Below are positions 14,088 to 22,600 of a stretch of DNA of 64,000 bases, piece after piece. Position 1 is the first letter of the stretch. Each line of letters starts with the position of its first letter. Both the position numbers and the translations under genes were made by a program. Location: the NCBI GenBank assembly GCA_040954595.2, contig CM082579.2, positions 5,941,625 through 6,005,624 of the forward strand, given 5' to 3'. The notes beneath the pieces were generated by a model. The model was not told the origin of the DNA. It saw nothing but the letters and a program-made list of their open reading frames with translations, and did not search any database. The DNA is from Balanoglossus misakiensis. Lineage: Eukaryota > Animalia > Hemichordata.

Positions 14088-14706
14088 AGGGGAAATCCGC
14101 TGTAGCTGATTTCTACATAATTTGGTAGCTTTGATGTCTCTCTTTCAGAAAAAAACATATTCGCCATGTATAGGTCTCGCGATTTTTTACAAAATCTAGG
14201 GAAAGTTGGCAGAATTTCCAATATGGCGTTTACTGTAATTTGAATCATGGGAAAAAAAGCGCCAGGAGCAACTTCCGCCCACCATGGTGTGGGTGATACC
14301 ATTCTCCGATTGGTGTCACTGGGCGACAGACTAGGCGTATTTTCATAGCTATTGTTTGTTCTTTGCATCAGTTGATAAACAATCATCAGCAAAGTCGAAA
14401 ATTTGTCATCTATTGACAGTTTTCATGAGCTAAAACCCATAAAAAATATGCAAATACGCTTAGCTTGTGACACAGTGACACCAATCGGAAAATGGTATCA
14501 CCCACACCAAGGTGGGCGGAAGTTGGTCCTGGCGCTTTTTTTCCCATGATTCAAATTACAGTAAACGCCATATTGGAAATTCTGCCAACTTTCCCTAGAT
14601 TTTGTAAAAAATCTCGCGACCTATACATGGCGAATATGTTTTTTTCTGAAAGAGAGACATCAAAGCTACCAAATTATGTAGAAATCAGCTACAGCGGATT
14701 TCCCCT
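14088..14706. mobile_element. Non-autonomous DNA transposon (MITE), Kolobok/T2-MITE type, 619 bp
   Basis: 234-bp inverted arms at 14088-14321 and 14473-14706, about 5 mismatches by eye. Termini AGGGG...CCCCT, with a TTAA target duplication at 14084-14087 and 14707-14710. Confidence 0.9.
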
Positions 14707-14836
14707 TTAAATTAGATAGACTCACAGTTGTGTGTGAACCTGTCTTGTGTGTGAGTCTATGACGATAGAGGGCGTTATTCGGACAAGAAATTTGGGCTGG
14801 TTGCATTTTTAAAAGGGAAACACCATGCACTCTTAC

Positions 14837-15110
14837 CTTTCAAGATTTGGTAAAACTGTTCTTGATTGCAACCTCCATTGATTTTGGTTAAATCGACTGT
14901 AACTCCGTTCCACCTGTCTTCTTTACCACAAAGGAGTGTAGTGATTGTCCTTTTGTGTATGTGCGTTTTCTGTTGCCATGGTAACGACTCACACTTCAGA
15001 TGTGACGATGCTGCAATCGACGCCTGTCGCGCAGGCAGAGGTCCTCTGTAGATGATGTGAGAATATTGTGCAACTGAAGGAATAAACTTGGTAAAACGTA
15101 GGGTAAACAT
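14837..15110 (-). CDS. NUDT6: NUDT6 coding exon 1 (MFTLRFTKF...GKEDRWNGVTVDL...FYQILK), probable mitochondrial presequence
   Basis: ATG at 15110. The N-terminus is basic/hydroxylated and nearly free of acidic residues. GKEDRWNGVTVDL resembles human NUDT6 GELDRFGGISVRL. Donor AAG|GTAAGA, phase 1. Confidence 0.85.
14972..14985. promoter_or_regulatory. RFX X-box GTTGCCATGGTAAC within NUDT6 exon 1
   Basis: Near-perfect palindromic X-box consensus, about 550 bp upstream of the NDFIP ATG. Confidence 0.45.
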
Positions 15111-15532
15111 GTCGAACTTTATCAATAAGTCAGTCGCTTGTACCTTGTGTGCCTTCAGTTATCATTCGTTTCGAGACATTTCTCACGGAAATCTGAAGGA
15201 ACGGCGTTCATAGCATGGTATTCAATTGGTAAATATGGCAACAGTAAACGACAATACACATTTTAACTAGCTCGGTGGCTAAATCTTGTCACAGCTTAAT
15301 ACGGGTCACGCCTCCTTTACTGAACGCTGCCATGTTGAATCCCGATTACATATACACTCCATATCACGAGAAAACACGAGACTTCACACGAACCCTCCCG
15401 GATGTGCGCCATCTTTGTTCGACCAAAACAAAAATCTCTTGCGATATCGTAGGATTAAATTTCGAAATAATACATATATTTGAGAGAGTCACCCTCTGCT
15501 ATCAACTCCAGGGGGAGAGGTAAACATAAACA
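15111..15532. promoter_or_regulatory. Shared bidirectional promoter and 5' UTRs of NUDT6 and NDFIP
   Basis: About 420 bp between divergent start codons. Visibly CpG-enriched, with an ETS-like CCGGATGT near 15398. Confidence 0.75.
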
Positions 15533-15559
15533 ATGGAACAGCCTCCAAGATATGACCAG
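15533..15559 (+). CDS. NDFIP: NDFIP coding exon 1 (MEQPPRYDQ)
   Basis: ATG in acaATGG context, donor CAG|GTAACG, phase 0, in frame with exon 2. Contains a PPxY motif. Confidence 0.8.
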
Positions 15560-16278
15560 GTAACGTACCGATTTCCGAATATCTCATTAGTTATTTCGGG
15601 CAGTCGATCAGCCCTACATTCGTGTATGGACATAATGTGTGCTATTTGTAGCCATAGTCTGCTGGCCTCATCAGATCATGATCGCGACTGCTTCTGCCAG
15701 GGAAAAACGTCAGTGAATATTGTTGAAAGATGATCTGTTTACATACGGAGCGTAAGAATGCCCCCAGTGCCTTGTCCATCTGATGATCTCCTTGTTCTGC
15801 CCTGATTGCCGATCATACATGTACAATGAATGAAAGTGATGATGAGACGCAATCCCATCAAAAGCAGACATCGTCACAAAAAGTCATTCATAACAACTGA
15901 ATAATCACACTTTAATGTTCCCCAAAACAAGTCAGTTGAAGTTCAACAGCAAATTGTTGCTTCTGTTAGTCCTAATGTGTATGTGCATTACTTGTGACAT
16001 GGTTTGTTTTTATGGAATTTGACCTGATTTGACCTTGTAGCAGCCTGGTGGGAAGAGAGGTAAACTTGACAATATTTTGTTCAAGAACTGTTGCTGGACC
16101 ATGACTTCTCATTCATCAAGTTTGTGCAAACTAGAATGACAAATAAAATTTGACCTTGGTGTTGGTGGATGGCAAACATCAACGACATTGGCACATCCAC
16201 AATCCAGACCAGTGGTTTTCATTCTTCCTTCAGATTTACTACATGTATAATTAATACTTGAGTGTTTCTTTCGCCCAG

Positions 16279-16387
16279 ATAAATCAAGATGTGGACGATG
16301 AAGAAAGTATGTCGCCAGTAATAATGGCACTGGTGGTGCCTCCACCATCTCCACAAGACACAAGACCCAGCACACCAACTCCACCAG
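16279..16387 (+). CDS. NDFIP: NDFIP coding exon 2 (INQDVDDEESMSPVIMALVVPPPSPQDTRPSTPTPP)
   Basis: Acceptor tttctttcgcccag|, donor CAG|GTACAG, phase 0-1, which bridges exons 1 and 3. Confidence 0.82.
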
Positions 16388-16514
16388 GTACAGAATAATT
16401 CATTTAGTTTTATTTATTTTATTCAATGTCGATGTGATGTTGGAGTACAAAAAATGTGTTACCAATCAAAGTGAATTCAATAACATTTTTTTCATTTTTG
16501 CATTTTGTTCACAG

Positions 16515-16615
16515 AAGATCCAAAGGACGAAAATGACCCACCACCATACAACATAGCAACAACTCTGCCAAGTTATGACGATGTGCAAAAACTGAAAGAA
16601 ACAGAACCCCTGGTT
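16515..16615 (+). CDS. NDFIP: NDFIP coding exon 3 (EDPKDENDPPPYNIATTLPSYDDVQKLKETEPLV)
   Basis: PPxY-N-x-ATT-LPSY signature of NDFIP1/2. Acceptor ttgttcacag|, donor |GTAAGT. Confidence 0.95.
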
Positions 16616-16766
16616 GTAAGTATTGTGGTGACCATGGTACATAGTAGTTCTTCTGCCAGAACGTTCCCATTTCAGGGTGGGGCCAATGAACTACATCTAA
16701 AGAGAGTTGAGCACCTCGTCCTGGGTACCTCTCTCTCTGAGCCAAATGAAAGATATGTGTGAAGGG

Positions 16767-16780
16767 GCACTAGGGGGCGC
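16767..16780 (+). promoter_or_regulatory. CTCF-like motif GCACTAGGGGGCGC in NDFIP intron 3
   Basis: 13/14 match to the CTCF core CCASYAGRKGGCRS. Binding not shown. Confidence 0.55.
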
Positions 16781-17830
16781 TATTCACACCAAATGACAAT
16801 AATTATGTTAATGACCTTCGTACATTACAGCCAGATATATACATTAGATATAAATAATATTAAGAAATCCCAAAGACTCCCTCTGTGATCTTCCAAGCTG
16901 TTTTCAATCTGAAGCTTTCAGAAATGAAAAACCTGGCATCCTAGTTCAAGCCTGGATGCCGCTGTATTTAAAAGTTTGTTTGGAAAGTCCTGGATAAAAC
17001 CCAGGGGGAAAAACCTCATATTTGTCATTAAAAGTTCTTCCAAGGCCATGTTCATATAAATCAACTCTCCTCTTCCACTATGGGCAGTTTGTTGGGCTTG
17101 AATTGTGAACAGCCTGTCCTTTCAAAACAACTATTCTTAACATCTAGGAGTGCCCTGGACTGATTTTCAATAGACATGTTGTGGTCAAACACCATGCCAG
17201 CCCAGTGTGCAATAAACACAAAAGCCCCATTGTTTTGATATTTTTTAAATATATGTTTCCAAACTGAACCGAGTCTTTTAAATCTATTTTTGGCAGCAAT
17301 GAATTCAGAACTGTTTGTTGGAAAACACCATAAATCACGATTGTTTTGTCATCGGTTTGACAGGTTAATTGTCGGTGGTGGACAGGCCTCCTTGGTTGGC
17401 TGTGACTAATGATGTCATGTGAGCCAAACATTTCCATGGCAACCTTTGAAAGGTGGCATTTGTTTTGGTGGCGTTTCTTCCTGTCGATTCAAAGGTGTAT
17501 TCCAAAGGTGTAACTTGTGGGGACTGTGGGAGCCCCATTCAGATTGTAGCATTGCAATTAACACAGATGTACACTTCATGATCACTCGAGGCTGAGCTAA
17601 TTTTGTTGACAGCTGCCCAGCAAACCAGAGAGAATGTCAACACCATAGTTGTCCTCACAGGTCAATTCCTTCCAATATTCACCATAACTTAAGTTGTCAG
17701 TAAAATAAAAAAAAGATATGAATCTGGAAATGTCCACGTTTACTTGTTGTCAACGACTTCTACATTTTACTTGTCTACTTTTCTGGAACCAATCTCGACA
17801 ACTTCTTTATCGGTTTACGTTTCTTTTCAG

Positions 17831-17912
17831 AACGACTATGAAAGTAGTGGAAGGGAGCGTGATATTGACATGGACCTAGGCGGGGATGTCATGTTTATCT
17901 GTACATTTATCA
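17831..17912 (+). CDS. NDFIP: NDFIP coding exon 4 (NDYESSGRERDIDMDLGGDVMFICTFI)
   Basis: Acceptor ttcttttcag|, donor |GTAAGT, phase 0-1. Resembles human NDFIP1 IGNDGIFMLTF. Confidence 0.92.
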
Positions 17913-18383
17913 GTAAGTAAAGTTGCCTGCCATCATGAACCCACCCCAACACTTCTCTATTCATATCCATAATTGCCTTAACACGGTCGTTTGGAACATT
18001 TCCACGGCACGACTGGTTTAAAGTGGTATTAGCTGCGGGTTAGTCTTGCCACAAATAAAACAAACAAAACAATCCAATCGATCCATCAAATGCATGTTAT
18101 AGAGTCATGCATCGAATCATAGTCAACCAGTGGTCAAAAAAATCAATAGCTTGGTCTTTGAAGTCTTTGTTGAAGATGCGATGATGGGGTGCACAGTTGA
18201 TTTCACCGATTAATATTCGTGAAAATAGACAGGATTTCACCTCAAAAACGTGCACAGATGTTCCGGAAAACACTACGAATTGCCAACTGGGTCTCGCCCT
18301 CCCAAAATAATTGAATGACAACTTAGAGAGAGTGCGATGGGTCTCAATGAATCATGTCAACCTCGTCTTTTTTCATCTTTCAG

Positions 18384-18508
18384 TCGCTTTTATCTTCAAC
18401 TGGATTGGGTTGCTGTTTTCCTTCTGTATGACAACAACTGTCGCCGGTCGCTACGGTGCTATTTCAGGGTTCGGGCTGTCCATTGTCAAATGGGTGGTCA
18501 TCATGATG
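18384..18508 (+). CDS. NDFIP: NDFIP coding exon 5 (IAFIFNWIGLLFSFCMTTTVAGRYGAISGFGLSIVKWVVIMM)
   Basis: Conserved NDFIP TM core (FNWIG, AGRYGAISGFGLS). Canonical splice sites, phase 1-0. Confidence 0.97.
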
Positions 18509-18717
18509 GTGAGTTTGGACTTGTTCTTTAATTTGTCCAATTTAAGTTGGACCTTGCGGAAATCTTGCGCTGTCATCTTGCCTATATGTGTCTTGAGCGA
18601 CTTCTTGTATTAATGACTTGTATGATGTCTAAAGCTCATGCCGTTCCTATTGTTGCTTCAAAAGCTTATCCAAAACAACACAGTAATCGAGAGTTTGTGT
18701 TTTTCTCTTCCCATCAG

Positions 18718-18784
18718 CATACAGCAAGTTTTAACAATTATGTGGACACTTTGCCCTGTTTGTGGTGGATTCTCCTCATTCTTG
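18718..18784 (+). CDS. NDFIP: NDFIP coding exon 6 (HTASFNNYVDTLPCLWWILLIL)
   Basis: Acceptor tcttcccatcag|, donor G|GTAAGT, phase 0-1. LWW motif of the third TM segment. Confidence 0.93.
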
Positions 18785-19076
18785 GTAAGTTCAAGGGAAA
18801 GGGTCATAGCGCCCTCCTGCAGAAACTAACTGTCTATACTTTACCGTAGATGGCGCTGTGACCAGTTTATCAGACACACCATGACTACTCATTAAAGGGG
18901 GAGGGGGGAATAAATTTTGTCTGTTCTTTAGAGCAAAAAAAATTAAATACCTGAAAACAACTTATTGAATCAGTGTAAAATTAGCCAGGAAAAAAATTTA
19001 CCAGTCCAGTAAACCTCAGTTTTGTGTTTAATCTTGCTTTCAAGTCAATGTCAATCTTTTTTTTTATCCCCCACAG

Positions 19077-19177
19077 GCTTGATGCTGTTCCTTCGAGGTG
19101 CAATTATGTACGTTAAAGTCAAGCGACAATTCATGACCGGCATCAGGACCCGCTACAACTACTTTTATATTTACTGA
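19077..19177 (+). CDS. NDFIP: NDFIP terminal coding exon 7 (GLMLFLRGAIMYVKVKRQFMTGIRTRYNYFYIY*)
   Basis: Acceptor ccccacag|, phase 1, stop TGA. Resembles the human GFLLFLRGFINYAKVRK...FIY end. Exons sum to 612 nt (203 aa plus stop). Confidence 0.95.
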
Positions 19178-19222
19178 AGACTTCAAATTATCATCTCCGT
19201 GTAAAAAAAAATAAGTCGAAAA

Positions 19223-19228
19223 AATAAA
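19223..19228 (+). promoter_or_regulatory. Candidate proximal poly(A) signal of NDFIP
   Basis: AATAAA ~45 nt after the stop, in an A-rich context. A more distal AATAAA lies at 20935. Confidence 0.3.
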
Positions 19229-19302
19229 AGCAAGCACAGCCTAGCAGCTAGCAAGTCAGACCAGCTCAGACAGGTAGCTCAGACCTCTTAGTTATGTTTT
19301 AA

Positions 19303-19673
19303 GGTAGCATGCCCTTAGAAGAAATCGAAGTCTTTTCTGTCTTCTTTATTTCGTATACATGTATTGGCAATTGTAGATTGTTTGCTCTAAAAACTGAGAA
19401 TGAAAATTTGGGGTCGTCACTGTGCAAAATTTTGAATGAGAGAGCCAAATTGTCTCAAATTTGAAATTCAAAATGGCCGCCAATTTCTGTGTTAACTCTA
19501 TGGAGAACAAATACAGAAGTGATTTTCATGAAAGCAAGACAGTGAACACCCAGTTTCCTTCTCGGTTTTCAAGAAGACTTCGCATACACTTAGATACTAG
19601 CCTAGCAAAGAATTGGAAGGTTTGGAGGACTATCGTTTTTCGGAAAAATCTGTCCCCGGGAATGCATACTACC
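19303..19673. mobile_element. Probable degenerate TTAA-type MITE just downstream of the NDFIP stop
   Basis: TTAA|GGTAGCATGC at the left end and GCATACTACC|TTAT at the right. Short TIR with 9/10 match and an imperfect TSD. Confidence 0.45.
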
Positions 19674-22600
19674 TTATAAAGTCCTATCCTTTTGTGCGTC
19701 ATTTTGATGGGATCAAATTAATATGTTCGCGCGGTAATTTGAATGTCCCTGTCACGTCTGTGTGGGTATTATATGGGTTGTTGACATTTACTAAAAATAT
19801 TTTAAAGTAGGAGGCAAAATTTTTCAGACATGCATGCGTATTTTTGTGTAGTTACAACTCAATGTGAATCTGTGCTTCTTTGTGAGAGAACTAAATTTTG
19901 AGAGCGCAGCCAACTCCGAAAAAAACATAAGTTTACAAAAAAAATCTACGAGATTTGACCTTGTATACATGTACTCAAGTTTTCATCTTGTCCAGCAAAA
20001 TTTACCATTCTAGTATTCATTTTTAGTGCGCTGTTTACTAAAAAAATGTGTCCAACTCTGAATTTTATTGTATCAATTTACTCACCATCGAAAAATAGAT
20101 TTAAAGAATTATTTATTTCATATATCTAGCACAACTCTTGCTATTGTTAATGGTAATAGAAATTGAAGATTTACAACAACAAAATTGGGAGGTGTTCAAA
20201 GTAAGTTACCAGATAACAGGATTTAATGGGTTATCTCAATTTTGAATGTCCATGGTATTTGTTCTTATTGTGGTGTTTATATATAAAAAAAAGAGTCAAA
20301 TTTTTGAATCAGTGCATGATCGTTAATCATGATGGGATAAAAATATAATTTATCCATTACAATTTGTTTGTTATTGTATTATTTGATATGAAAGTAGAAT
20401 ATTGATCTTTTCCACAAATCATTAATGTATACCTCAAAACATCAAAAGGGAAAGCTGAATACTATTGCCCATTTCAGTTGTAACTGACGCTATCATCGCG
20501 AAGCAGTGATTTGAATCTCGAAAGGTCAAGTACAGAGGTCAAAGCCGAGTTCTCCTTTGGAAGTTTACGCTTGTTAATTCTTGCTTGCAGACGGGAAGCT
20601 TTGTTTACAACTCTGCTTAGGAAGCAATTGGTTTTAGGAAGTTGAGTGTCGATATATTTCTTTGTTTCAACTCCATGTGAACCTCCTCCCCCACCCAGTT
20701 TTGAATAAATGGCAGTTGTCTCTGTCTCCGTAACTACTCTAATTCCTGAGGGCATTGTGTGGTCGGTTTTGTTTCCCCCAGAAGTTTTTACCCCCCTTTT
20801 CACTTTCCCCCCACTTCCTGACTTGATTAAACGGGCTGTTGTCTTTATGCGTAATGACAATTAAAAATCCCTTTCATTCAGCAGAGGCTTGGGCAAGTGT
20901 TAAGTTCAAAGTCTTGCCTCATTGTCAAGGTTTCAATAAACACATCCTGGACTGTCAATGGAGCGAAAATGGACCTATTTAGACCTTCTTTGTTGACACA
21001 AGGGAGAGTGCCCTGAGAATATGTCCCTGATCACTCGTGACTTCATACATGACAAACGCCCCTAATATAATTCTAAAAGAACAATCTTCCCCACTAAGAC
21101 TGTAGGTGGGTGGAGTGGAATTCCTGAATAAATAGCAGAGATTTGTGGCCAAGGACAGCAACCAGGTACACTTTCCAAGATGTCAGGCAAAAGCGAAAGT
21201 GTCTTGCCAACTCTTTTTAAAAGAAAAAAGTGCAGTGAGTTTAAAGTGAGAGGAGAATACCCCTAACGTCATTTCATTATGCTTTGTGTGCATCAGAGAT
21301 GAAAAACACTGTGCCAATTTGGAATGGATGCATGTGAATAATTTGGGATTTTCTGTTACTTGCTTTTCAAGGGTAAAACAACACATGTTTTGACTGTATA
21401 TGTGTGTGTGTCAGGTTGGTGTTTGACAGTACTGTTTTCATGAAGATAGATTTAATTCAAGTCATCGTAAAACATTTCACTTCATCTCATCTGCCATACA
21501 ACTTGACAAGTAAGTGACATTCTCGTATTGTGTGAAATTATGACACGATACAGTAAAGACTGTCAGACAGTATGCTTGGTCATAAAAAAGTGAAAGTGTT
21601 TTGCCGAATTTGTGCAGACACTTTTTACCCGTACCTTGAGGAGTCAAACAACCTCAATTATGATGATTTGGGTTCCAGATTGTTGAGTACATGCACTGCA
21701 TGGCTCGGCCATGACCAATCCAATCATTGATCCTCTTTCATGGATGTAAACCTGCATCAGACAACTGGCACTTTGCAAACTGGTTATTCAAACATTTACA
21801 GTACACGGTGTTGCCATTTCTGTCCCTCATTCAAATTCAAAAGTTCTGTTTACCGACAAATTTGCATCCCGTTTAATAAAGAATTAACTCTTTTCACTGG
21901 ACAGGAAGCTACCTATTGAAAGAACTCCTCACTTGTATGGCGCCACCTTTTGTTGGAGCGTGGAAATGATGCGTGAGAAGGGGTCTGGTGCATTGGCCCC
22001 TGTTTGCATGCTCTCTGCTATTGTGCAAGGGAGCATTGATCATCTAAAAATAGTACATGTACATGCTTTCCCTTTCTGATCACCCTCACAAAGTACCCAT
22101 CCGAGGAATAAAAACAAAAGAACTCCTGAAGTAGCCAATTTGCATTAGTTCATTCAAGTTGGCGGAGTTCCATTGTTTCAGGCTTAACCGGTCATTATTG
22201 CATCACACAAGTGGAAGGCACAGATTTCCACCAGGGAATACATGTAGCTGTGCTGGTCATTGACTATGTTCGGTTCATACCAGAGCTCCACACTCACTCA
22301 GTATAGAGTCCAGCTCTCACGCACCAGAATCTTTGTTCACTGTGTTGAGAACACTTGCATGTTTTCATGCCTACTGAGCGTGGCAGTACCCCTCCGAGGT
22401 ATTCCGCTGCCCTCAAAAAAGGAAAAAAAAAGTCAATTTCCGCAGCAGGCTACGCTGACATTACACACAGCAAGCTCACACGGGTGCATGCAAGCATAAA
22501 TATAAAAACTTCCGTCCGCCCTGTGAATTGTCAACACCGGAATCTCTCTCATCCCGGTCTTGATCGCAGGGTGCACAGTTCCCGGACCCAAACCCTCCTT

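Noticed and set aside
14084-14710. Two near-identical ORFs on opposite strands (14084-14392 -, 14492-14710 +) that look like a duplicated gene
   Set aside because: They are the two arms of the MITE inverted repeat, with no transposase motifs.
17613-17660. Possible extra NDFIP exon (ttttgttgacag / cccag ... CAG|GTCAAT)
   Set aside because: The first acceptor gives an in-frame TAG and the second breaks phase with exon 4. Exons 3 and 4 already join in frame.
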